This document shows positions 1-9,000 of a DNA stretch of 36,365 nt, one piece after another. Position 1 is the stretch's first letter; each line of letters opens with the position of its first letter. The stretch lies in assembly GCA_028282445.1 (NCBI GenBank), contig JANQHZ010000167.1:1-36365 (forward strand). Reading direction: 5' to 3'. The notes under the pieces were generated by a model that did not search any database, had not been told where the DNA came from, and worked only from the letters and a program-made list of their open reading frames with translations. Source of the stretch: Candidatus Binatia bacterium. Lineage in GTDB: Bacteria > Desulfobacterota > Binatia > HRBIN30 > CADEER01. Made by a program: the position numbers and the translations under genes.

Positions 1-1190
1 ACGCCGGGCCGGGCTTGGTGGACGGCCTTGACGGTGCAACTCACGCCGCGGTCAGTCCGGACAACCAATACATCTACGTAGCGGGCGAGATCGATGACGC
101 TGTGGCCGTGTTCGAGCTCCCAGACGACACTCCGCCGAGCGGCAGCTGCGAGCTGGACATTACCAGCTTCGTGGAGGCCAAGACGGATTCAGACCTCAAC
201 AAGGCCCGGTCGGTCGCACTCGATCCGAGTGGCGACAACGTTTACGTTGCATCAGCCAACGGGGATGCAATCGTCACATTCGATCGCAACTCATCAGACG
301 GCACGCTCACAATTGGCGATTCCGCAGTTGACGGGGTCGACGGCTTCACGTGCCTGAACGGCGCGACCTCGGTGGTCGTCTCGGCCGACGGAGAATGCTT
401 GTATGTCGCGGCGGAATCCGCCAACAAGCTTTGTGTCATCGACCGCGATACGAGCGACGGGTCGCTCTCTCAGAGCTCGGAGTGGGTAGACGCACAGAGC
501 GCCGACCAACAGAGCAACAACATTGTAGCGAACCTCAAAGGAGCGCGTTGGGTCACTATCAGTCCGGACGACGACCACATCTACGTCGCGGCACCAACAG
601 ATGACGCCGTGCTGGTCTTCGAGCGGGACGCAACAGGCTGCGACCTGACCTTCGTCGAAGACTGGCTCGACTCCGAGATCACCGGAGGGGGCCTCAACCA
701 GGTCAGCTCGATCGATGTCACGCCGGACGGTGGCCGAGTCTACGCCTCAGCCAAGCAGGACGATGCAGTCGTCGAGTTCCTGCGAGATCCCTCTACCGGC
801 GAGCTCACCTCCCCAGCCGTAGCCGTCAGCGGCACCGGACTCAACGGCGCCCTCGGGATATATGCGGAGGACCAGCGGCTCTACGTATCCGCCAGCATCA
901 ACGACTCGGTGACGACCTATGAAGTAAACAGCTGCTGTGGCGACGCAACCCTCCATCGAAATGAGGACTGTGACAATCCGTCAGCGTGTTGTGCATCCGA
1001 CTGCACGGTGGCACTAGATTCGGGATCACTCTGCGGTGACCTCAACGGCTGCACCGGCCCCGACACATGCGATGCGAACGGAGTGTGCTTGTCGGGTCCC
1101 TGCAACGTTCCCAACGCATGCACCACAAGCTGTGGAGGAACCGGGACCTGCGCGACGGACGGAACAACCTGCGGCTGCCAGCCGGACTAG
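1..1190 (+). CDS. 5'-partial beta-propeller repeat protein (lactonase/YVTN-type blades) with C-terminal cysteine-rich domain, probably secreted
   Basis: The reading frame is open to the window edge; the track start at 15 is only a TTG, so the gene probably continues upstream. There are six blade-like repeats: YIYVAGEIDDAVAVFE, NVYVASANGDAIVTFD, CLYVAAESANKLCVID, HIYVAAPTDDAVLVFE, RVYASAKQDDAVVEFL, RLYVSASINDSVTTYE. The last ~85 aa (nt 933-1187) contain 16 Cys (CCGD...CDNPSACC...CGD...), resembling Myxococcus-type or disintegrin-like Cys-rich repeats. Confidence 0.75.
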   Translation, partial: AGPGLVDGLDGATHAAVSPDNQYIYVAGEIDDAVAVFELPDDTPPSGSCELDITSFVEAKTDSDLNKARSVALDPSGDNVYVASANGDAIVTFDRNSSDGTLTIGDSAVDGVDGFTCLNGATSVVVSADGECLYVAAESANKLCVIDRDTSDGSLSQSSEWVDAQSADQQSNNIVANLKGARWVTISPDDDHIYVAAPTDDAVLVFERDATGCDLTFVEDWLDSEITGGGLNQVSSIDVTPDGGRVYASAKQDDAVVEFLRDPSTGELTSPAVAVSGTGLNGALGIYAEDQRLYVSASINDSVTTYEVNSCCGDATLHRNEDCDNPSACCASDCTVALDSGSLCGDLNGCTGPDTCDANGVCLSGPCNVPNACTTSCGGTGTCATDGTTCGCQPD

Positions 1191-2642
1191 GATAAGCACA
1201 TTCCTAGCGCGCAGAACCCGATCGATTCTCCAGCCCACCTATCCGTGACCGGCAAGCGAGTATTTCGACCCACCGCGAGAGGCTTGGGGACAACGGCAGC
1301 GAGCTAGCCAAAACGGTCGGTCGTTTCTCCTATCCGGCGAGTAACACGGGCTCCGGGCCTCGCGTATCCGAAGAAGGAGTGTCTCCGAGTTGTACGGAGC
1401 GACATCGAACCTTCCCAGCTTTGGTAGACCAACCAGACGTAGAGTCCGATCTCTATCTCGAGACCCGCGAACGACTTGATCAGGGACGTCTCCGCGGTAA
1501 TTGAACGTCATCTCCCGTCAACACACGAACTACAGCGTTCTCCAGCTGTCACCCGCTGAGCCTACCAAACACGCCGGATCCGACCGCAGCCGCGCCAAGC
1601 TCCGGTTCAAGAGTCCTTGCTCCCCGGGACTCCGCGGGTAGCGTCTCAGTTCTCGTAACGGATGGGACCTGGCAGTCTCCAGACCGCCCTCCTCCTCCGC
1701 AAGACGAATCATCGATGGAGCCTTCGAAGCGCCGGCCGCACCGTCTCCATCAGCTGGGACCGGCCACAGGTGCCTGGACAACAGTACCGATACGGCGCTT
1801 CTGCGACACACTCAGGCCGAACCTGCTTCGCTTGCGAGCTCACTACGTGTTTTCCACAACTGCTCCGATCAAGGCATTTGGAGTATGCACCCACGAGCCG
1901 TGGCGCAGATCGACGTATCGAGATTTCTATTGAGCATGGAACGGGAGTTTCGCGCCGGGGCGAGCGTGGATCGTCGCCGAGACATTCTGGCGATCCTGCG
2001 TCGCTGGGCACACGACCCAACGATCACGTCCGACAATCGGCGTGTGGCAAAACAACTGCTCACGGAGTTCGATTTCGATCCATCTATCGGTTGATCCGTG
2101 CGCGGCGACTCTGGTGACACGGACACGTGCGGGATCTTGACGCCCTCTCGGATGCGGCCTTCGTACCTGCAGTCCGCAGGGAATCACCAAGCGAGCGCCT
2201 CCAGAAGGTAGAAGTGGGCCTCTTGCCACCATCGCGTTGGGGATCACCGTTCGCCTCGGAAGGTCTGACCGACGAGAAACCCCACCCGCCCTCACTTAAC
2301 AGCTGAATAGCTCCGACGGGTTGACAGACGCCGGCCTCCCCCTCGAAGCTGGTAGCGCGCGAGCCCGGAACCGCCCGCATTCCCAACTCTAGAGAGCGCG
2401 GCGTCAACCCCAGTCTCTGGTAGGATCCTGCCCCCGCGACGCTTCATAGGAGCGCCCCATGAAGCGAGTCGAGAATCACCCGTGCAAGATTCGTGATCCC
2501 CCTAGCGACACCTCCAGAAGAGTGTGATCGCAAAGCCGACTCGTGGCTGTTCAGCAAAACGGGCAGCCCAACAGTCGGCAGCCAAAGCCGCTGATGATCT
2601 CGGAATCGGGCACTCTCGGGAGTACCCGACAAGGAGTAAAGA

Positions 2643-3425
2643 ATGAACCCGCAACGCTGTCACGAGCTCAGAACAAGACTGATGATCTTGCTGGCGATTA
2701 CCGTACTCACCTCCGTTTCGACGAGGGGAAGCGCCATCGAAGAATGCGACGACATTGCCCTGGGGCCGGGAACGACCACCCTGCAGTTCGACTATGAGGT
2801 CACGGGAAACGGCCCCTGCTTTCGCGCCGACACAGCCAACTCGACGCTCGACATGGATGGACACTCCATCACCTGCAACAACACGAGCAGTGACTGCTCT
2901 TCCGCCATCGATGTCGATGTCGATGGGTTTACGATCAAGGACGGCCTGATCGAGTCCGGAACCAACGACTTCACCTTCGCCATCAACGCCATCAGCCCCG
3001 GCATCGTGCACGACACACGGGTCCTGCGCATGACAATTGCGGACGCCGGAACCGGCATTGTCGGCGGTGAGGACATTGAGCGGAGTGTCTTCAAGGGTAT
3101 CCAGGGAGCGTGTATCACCTATGGCCTCGTGCGCGCCCTCGATGGCGGCCTCATCGATCAGAACTACTGCGAATCGGGCGCCACGGGGTTTGCGATTTCC
3201 GGGCCGGCAACGGGAAGCGTCACGGTTCGCAAGAACTACATTCGGGCGCTGACGACCGGGTTCATCGTCAACCAGAACCTGGACATCGAAAAGAACATCA
3301 TCGACTCTGCCGATCCGTTCTCGGTAGTGTCATCGAGCGGTGTGACCTTCTCCAAGAACCTCTGCAGCGACACAGACTGCGATGAACCCGACGACACGCC
3401 CTTTACCCTGAACCTAAACTGGTAG
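2643..3425 (+). CDS. secreted right-handed parallel beta-helix repeat protein
   Basis: An AAGGAG lies 7 nt upstream of the ATG. The N-terminus is signal-peptide-like (MNPQRCHELRTRLMILLAITVLTSVSTRGSA). It is followed by repeating ~22-25-aa units rich in G/N/I/D (DVDGFTIKDGLIE, GIVHDTRVLRMTI, GFAISGPATGSVTVRKNYI, NLDIEKNIIDS), typical of PbH1/pectate-lyase-like beta-helices. Confidence 0.8.
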   Translation: MNPQRCHELRTRLMILLAITVLTSVSTRGSAIEECDDIALGPGTTTLQFDYEVTGNGPCFRADTANSTLDMDGHSITCNNTSSDCSSAIDVDVDGFTIKDGLIESGTNDFTFAINAISPGIVHDTRVLRMTIADAGTGIVGGEDIERSVFKGIQGACITYGLVRALDGGLIDQNYCESGATGFAISGPATGSVTVRKNYIRALTTGFIVNQNLDIEKNIIDSADPFSVVSSSGVTFSKNLCSDTDCDEPDDTPFTLNLNW

Positions 3426-3490
3426 CCGTCTAGTCGGAGTCATGCTCACGGCGTATGCCAATTTGGAGCTGCCCGAGCAAAGAGAACGCT

Positions 3491-3521
3491 GCGTCCCGCC
3501 CGGATGCGCCGGGCGGGACGC
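3491..3521. terminator. perfect 13-bp GC-rich hairpin; candidate (possibly bidirectional) intrinsic terminator
   Basis: GCGTCCCGCCCGG (3491-3503), loop ATGCG, CCGGGCGGGACGC (3509-3521). It lies 66 nt after the stop of the 2643-3425 gene and just beyond the 3' end of the possible minus-strand ORF 3566-3961. There is no U-tract, which is common in high-GC genomes but lowers confidence. Confidence 0.45.
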
Positions 3522-3565
3522 TGGGTAGCTCCAGCAGACCTCAACGGACACATTGCGGCAGATGG

Positions 3566-3961
3566 CTACTTCTCCCGCACTGGTCGTCGACGCGCGCCAT
3601 CACTGCGGTTGTCCGTGATGACGATCGACGGAGATCCTCGCAACCCAGGACGGAGCACAGCTGCGCCCTGGCACACACCCGACTGTTGGACCGTGCCAGA
3701 CCTCGAGGGAGCACGATTCCAAGAGCACGCATACGCTGGGTGTTGCCCAATGGTAGCGTCCCCACTATCGATCGCCGCGCAATGAGGCGCCGGATTGTCC
3801 ACCCCGCGTAGCGTCTTCAGGGTGAGGAAGGTCACGTCGTCCAGGTCGTGGGCCACGGTCCAGGTTGGCGTAGCGTCGAGTGAGCGCCGCGCGCCTGTCG
3901 CGTAACACGTCAACTCGTACAGAATCGTCGTGTTCGAGCTCTCGTGGTCGACGACTGTCAT
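3566..3961 (-). CDS. hypothetical protein (possibly a gene remnant)
   Basis: From the minus-strand ATG at 3961 (MTVVDHESSNTTILYELTCYATGARRSLDATPTWTVAHDLDDVTFLTLK...), the first ~50 codons show strong G/C third-position bias. The 3' half looks less coding-like. There is no obvious Shine-Dalgarno and no recognisable domain. The track's longer GTG start at 4033 is also possible. Confidence 0.25.
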   Translation of the reverse strand: MTVVDHESSNTTILYELTCYATGARRSLDATPTWTVAHDLDDVTFLTLKTLRGVDNPAPHCAAIDSGDATIGQHPAYACSWNRAPSRSGTVQQSGVCQGAAVLRPGLRGSPSIVITDNRSDGARRRPVREK

Positions 3962-4146
3962 CCGCGAGCGCGGTAAGCCACAGAGATCGGCGGATGCGGC
4001 AGCTGAAACTAACCTGCCGCCGCATCCGCTCACCTATTGATTGGCTAGCCTTGTATATCAATTAGATTCGTCGAACTTTCGCTTGCGATGTCAAGGCCAG
4101 TGTGTTTCGTCAAGACACTCACCGAAAACAGGGAGAGCAGATAAAG

Positions 4147-4968
4147 ATGGGTCCATACATTAGGAGTTTGCTTTCCAAGTTAGTGTTTGGGTTTTCCCTC
4201 GGCTGCGCTTTCTTACCCGAGACTTCGAGTGCCGAGAGCGCGGCTATCGTGATGAGCGACGTCTGTGAAGACCCAGCGGCCGTATTCGACCACAGGTGGG
4301 CAAGCGACACGGCGGGAGCCACCACGGTCTTTTACATGGCGGACAATGGGACCGTCTACAGAATCAGCGAAGGCAACGGCGCGTTGGGGAACTTCGAAGA
4401 CCTGTACGTATTCGCCCACGGCGCACCCGGCACCATCAACAACATGGGGTACGAGGCTTTCGCTCAACACCTAGAGAACGCGCACCCGGCGATACCGAAC
4501 AGCGTGTCCTTCGGCGTGTGCTACTCGGCGATCGGCCCGAATAGTCTACTGAAGCGCGTGAACGTTCAATACGGCGGATTGGTCAATCGCCTATCCGGTG
4601 GGGTTGTCGCTTGTGCACTCACCGGCAACGGCGACCGCCGCCTGGCGAATGCAGAGTATCGGATTCGCGTCGGGCATTCGGATGACGAACGATACAAGCG
4701 AATCGTCGACAACATTCACGCCAAGTGGGCTGAAAACTACCCGGGGACGGAGACCAGCTACGCGGACTACTGCCGCGCGTCCTTAAATCCATTCGATGCC
4801 GGGCGGTTGCGGGACTTTATGGAGACCGTTTTTGATGAGTTCTCAGTTGCCAATCCCGAACCGAATTCCACCGACTATCTCGAGCTCGTAGCATTGAATA
4901 TCGATGGCGAGCCTCTGACGGTTTGCGGCCAGGACCCGGCGGGTAGAGGGCGAGTCGACTGCCCGTAG
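4147..4968 (+). CDS. exported hypothetical protein
   Basis: The internal ATG at 4147 is preceded by GGGAGAGCAGATAAAG. The signal peptide is MGPYIRSLLSKLVFGFSLGCAFLPETSSAES. The motif LYVFAHGAPGTINNMG is not one I can place with confidence. The 5' end and upstream region are conspicuously AT-richer than their surroundings. Confidence 0.75.
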   Translation: MGPYIRSLLSKLVFGFSLGCAFLPETSSAESAAIVMSDVCEDPAAVFDHRWASDTAGATTVFYMADNGTVYRISEGNGALGNFEDLYVFAHGAPGTINNMGYEAFAQHLENAHPAIPNSVSFGVCYSAIGPNSLLKRVNVQYGGLVNRLSGGVVACALTGNGDRRLANAEYRIRVGHSDDERYKRIVDNIHAKWAENYPGTETSYADYCRASLNPFDAGRLRDFMETVFDEFSVANPEPNSTDYLELVALNIDGEPLTVCGQDPAGRGRVDCP

Positions 4969-5050
4969 CGGGCAAAGCCTCAGGTACTTGGGACCTTTGA
5001 CGCACCGTTGACGCCGGCCTGCACCCGGCCCTCGCAGGAAGGAGACTGTC

Positions 5051-6070
5051 GTGCTCCGTACCCCTCACGAATTGCTCGGACAGCTGCCTCGATTTGCTGT
5101 CGATGAGCAGCTTGGCTCTGTCGTGCGGAGCCTGTCGCTCATATCTGCGACGCCGGGGGTGGTCGTGAGTCTCGCCACCATCCTTTGGCTCGGCGTTCCG
5201 GTCTCCGGTCTCCAGATCACCGGCGGGCCGGTATACGAGCTACCAAAGGGTGGTTCGTGCCTCGTCACGGGAATCCCGGGGGCAGGTTCCGGTACGCACT
5301 ATGCGTGCTCGGGGGTTGACCTCGGCGCCTACACGCACGTGTACTTCGGGATCAAGAACGCGGCGTGCGACAAAGTCCATGGCAAGAAGTCGTGTCCAGC
5401 CAATCCGAATGGCAACAGTATGAACGGAAGCCCGTTTACGGCTGGGGGCGACGCGATCTTCACGATCGACTCCTTCGATCGAAACTCGATAACCTACCAG
5501 AGTAAGACCGGCATCGTGAACGAGCTCGCAAGTCCAAACGCGTCCGCGGTCACAAGCCACTTAACGTTGACGGTCACCGATGGGGCAGCGACAGTGGTCC
5601 CTACAAAAGGCACCCCGGCCGATACGGGGTGGGGCGACATCGGCTATCTCTTCAAAATCGACAGCGCGTCTTTCAGCGTCACCGTCACGATCGTCGCCAA
5701 TTCGCCCGACTACGTGGGACTCGCGGACTCGGCCGTATTCGATCCAACCCACACACCGGAGGGAACACAAGACTCGACCAGCGTCGATTTGGCATTTTAC
5801 TACTACCAAAGCGACCCAAGCTCCCTGGGAAAGTTTCCCGACGGTGATTCCGGCGCGAGCGCGTCCGCTACCGCGCTTCCAGCTCTGCGCAGCACTGGTG
5901 ACGGCCGTACGGACTCGCCACGTCTCGACGGAGCGGACGCAGATCGGATCGTACCGAGACCGTGGCAGGTTCTTACGCCTCGCGGCCGGAACTCGTCTCG
6001 CAAGGGCCGAGAACCGGTAACCCGCATAGAGCTCGGAGCCCGCGCCGGACGTCGGGTCGATGTCGACTAG
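5051..6070 (+). CDS. membrane-anchored or exported beta-rich hypothetical protein; first gene of the giant-protein operon
   Basis: GTG start with GGAAGGAG 6-7 nt upstream. A hydrophobic segment at aa ~33-55 (ATPGVVVSLATILWLGVPVSGL) suggests a signal anchor. A T/S/V-rich beta-like core follows, then an R/P/G/D-rich, apparently disordered C-terminal tail. The stop overlaps the start of the 3047-aa ORF by 11 nt. Confidence 0.7.
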   Translation: MLRTPHELLGQLPRFAVDEQLGSVVRSLSLISATPGVVVSLATILWLGVPVSGLQITGGPVYELPKGGSCLVTGIPGAGSGTHYACSGVDLGAYTHVYFGIKNAACDKVHGKKSCPANPNGNSMNGSPFTAGGDAIFTIDSFDRNSITYQSKTGIVNELASPNASAVTSHLTLTVTDGAATVVPTKGTPADTGWGDIGYLFKIDSASFSVTVTIVANSPDYVGLADSAVFDPTHTPEGTQDSTSVDLAFYYYQSDPSSLGKFPDGDSGASASATALPALRSTGDGRTDSPRLDGADADRIVPRPWQVLTPRGRNSSRKGREPVTRIELGARAGRRVDVD

Positions 6071-9000
6071 CGTCACGATCAATCGGTCGGATCTCGATCC
6101 GACGGTACTCGATCTGGGCCTGGTTACGGGACTGCTAACGGATGGTGGTGGCGGTGACGAAGTAGATCTTAACTCGGGGTGGTTCGACGATCCGTTTTCT
6201 TACCTCGAACGCATCCCGAATAGTCCCGAGTTCTTTCCGCTACTGGCAAGCCTATTGGGGTCCTTAGGAGGCGATGCACTCGGAACGGTCAAGCAGACCG
6301 CCGATCGCTCGTGGTATCCCCTGAACATCCCCGGCGAAGGGGCCAATGGACCGCCGACTGCTAGTGGGTTCTATCTCGTTACGAACAAAGTCCCGAGCAA
6401 CGGAAAGGGAAACGGAAACAGTACCGGTGTCATTGCCGGCTTGGGTGCAATCCGGACCTTCGTCGAGCAAGGCGTATCGATCACCCCTTACGCGTTGTTC
6501 CCCCTCGTAAAGATACCCTCGGAGGATGCTACACAGAAAGATGCTTCCTTCGTCCTCGGCCAGGAGCCGATCGAGATCGGAATCGACGTGTCGGCCGCAT
6601 CGGGGGCGTTCTCGTTCGGTGGGGGTAAGGGAGCCGTGGCAACTGCCTCGCTCGACGGGGACAAGGTTGGGACGTCGGTCAAGATCGATGCGCCCGGCTC
6701 CGGTTACAACGCTCAGACCGAGGTTTACTTCGTCGGCGGAGGGGGCTCGGGCGCATGCGGCAAGGTCTCGGTCGATGAAGGCGAGGTGACCGGTGTTCGG
6801 GTCACGTCTCAGGGGAGTGGCTATACTCGCGCGCCGGACGTCGTGTTTGTCGACGGTGTCTCCTTTGACGGCCTCAAGATCGACGTGACGATCCCTTTCG
6901 AAGGAAGCCCGCCCAAGATCGGATTCGACATCGTTCTCCTCAATCTAGCCGTACCCGGCGGCCCGCCTGCCAATCGTTCGTTGGTCGAGCTCATCGCCAA
7001 CGCGGAGCAGGAGGTCGAAGAATGGTTGAGGATCGTACTCTCAATTCTCGGGGCGCAGCTTGCGAAACAGAATTCGCAAGCCGGCGCGATGTTCGAGAAT
7101 GTGATGAGACTCCTCGGCATCGTGGGGGATGTCCCGCCGATTGATTGGAAGCGGCTCATCGAGGAAGCGAAGTCGGGCAATGGAGATCCGGCGCAGGTCT
7201 TTGTCGAGTGGCTTCGTGCCGTTGTCGGCTCGGATACAGCAGCCGAGTCATGGCTGGACGACTGCTACGCCCTACTGCACCCTGCCGCAGACACCTCTGA
7301 TGCGGTTTCCGGCTCCGGGACGCTGTCCGAACCATGGAAGATCTGCCTCTACGATCTCGCTGATCGAGCGAGCCTGTTCTTCACTCTGGCCGCTCACAAC
7401 ACCGGCAACACAAACAGCTCGAGTAAGTCGAAAGTACGCGCCGTTGCGCCGGATGAGCTGGCCGACGGCGCACCGAGTGGAACCCTTCAAGTCTATCCCG
7501 GACTGGAGATCCGCTCCGACGCGAAGACGATGGTCGCGAGCTACGTTTCCGCGAGCCTCGACTGCTCGCTGCAGTTCTTGCAGCTCGATCTGCCGGCTTC
7601 CGGGGAGGTCCCCGCCCCGGTCTCCTTTCCAGCATTCGACCTGATGCTCGCTTTCACCAATCCGAGTGCCGACGACCTTCCCCTCATACACTTCGGTACC
7701 GGTGCCGACGCGACGTTCGAGGTCGATTCGATCGAGGTAGGTTTCGGGCTCAGCAAGCTAAGGGGAGCACTTACGCCGAACCCCTGTATCCGCCTGGTCG
7801 GCGTCAAGACACCCTACGGCTCGTGGCCGGAGCTCAACCTCTCCGACTTCAACGCGAAGGCGGTGAAAGATGAGCTTGCGTCGATCCTGCAGAAAGAGAT
7901 TGAGAAACTGCTTGGGGTCGATTCGAACGACGGGACCGTTGATCCATCCGCCAACGCTTTCGCTCAGCATCTTGCCGCAGTCATCGGGGTGATCGCACCG
8001 CCCTCGTATCCCGGAGGCTCGGGCCCGTGGCCCCTTTCCGATGGAAAGATGCTGTTGTCCGCGGAAGAGCTGGGGTTGTTGGTCCACGAGCCGTTCGGCG
8101 CGGTGGGTGCATACTACTCCCGCTGCCTCGCGCCTCCTCAAGGGGGCGGCGTGTGGCAGTACATTCTCATCGAGCTTGCCCGATTGTTCGGATCCTCGTC
8201 CAGCAAGCTCGTCAACCCCGCGGCCGCTGGCAACGCAACTGATCCCTGGCGCGTGGTGCTCGTCGCCACGAGCTCGGGCGATCCTGAGGTCGTCGTCGAG
8301 GCGTGGCAGCCCGAGGGAACGACGCACGAGCTAATCTTGGCCTTTGCCGTCGACATTCCCCTCCCGCTTCCACCGGAAGTAGCCTCGGACGCCGAGGCGA
8401 CTTTGTCGTTCGTGTTGGAGTTATTGCACGTCACGTTGCCCGACGGATCCGGTAAGGGGCCGGTCTCGGCCGATTGGCTTCGCGGCGCCGGCGCCGAGCT
8501 CGTAGTGAGCGGGCCCGGCGGGGCTTCGCTGACGCTCCCGGATCTCGCGGGCGTTCAGATTTCGATCGCCGACGTCAAGCTCTATGCAGGTTGGCAAAAG
8601 TCCGGGGAGCTCGGTTGGGAAGCGACGATCGATTCGTTGACGTTGTCGGCCGACGGCCACGAGGTCGGGAAGGTGCCCCACATCTCCTTCGGGAGCACCA
8701 CGAGCAATTGGCAGAGCGATCTGGAGAAACTTGCGCCGCTGGCATTGAACGTCCTTGGGGTGTTGGCGCTCGAGCACGGAGGGCGCCCGGGCGTAGCGGC
8801 GAGCGCCTTGCTTGGCGCACTTCCCAACGCGCCTTCCCTCATCGATGGGAGCGACGATTCGCCCTTCATGCTTCCGAAGGGGCTAAAGCTCCCGACGACG
8901 TGGCCGGCCCTCGAGCTCTCGCATCCGACGCAACCGTGGCTCGACCTGCAGGCGCAGTTACAAGGCCTCCTTGGGGATGGCGCCGCGATGGAAGCCGCGA

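Noticed and set aside
1239-1511. 90-aa minus-strand ORF in the non-coding gap
   Set aside because: It has no Shine-Dalgarno, a mixed-quality translation (R/D/P-rich) and no recognisable family. I could not support it as a gene or as a toxin/transposase fragment.
1595-1625. tRNA-like T-loop strings (GGTTCAAGAGTCC at ~1605; GGTTCGATG on the minus strand at ~1400)
   Set aside because: The flanking bases do not form a T-stem or an acceptor/anticodon cloverleaf, so this is a chance occurrence.
6735-6770. Walker-A-like string GGGGSGACGKV in the 3047-aa protein
   Set aside because: It ends in GKV, not GK[ST]. It lies inside the repeated glycine-rich structural module, whose paralogous copies lack the Lys. 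No Walker B follows.
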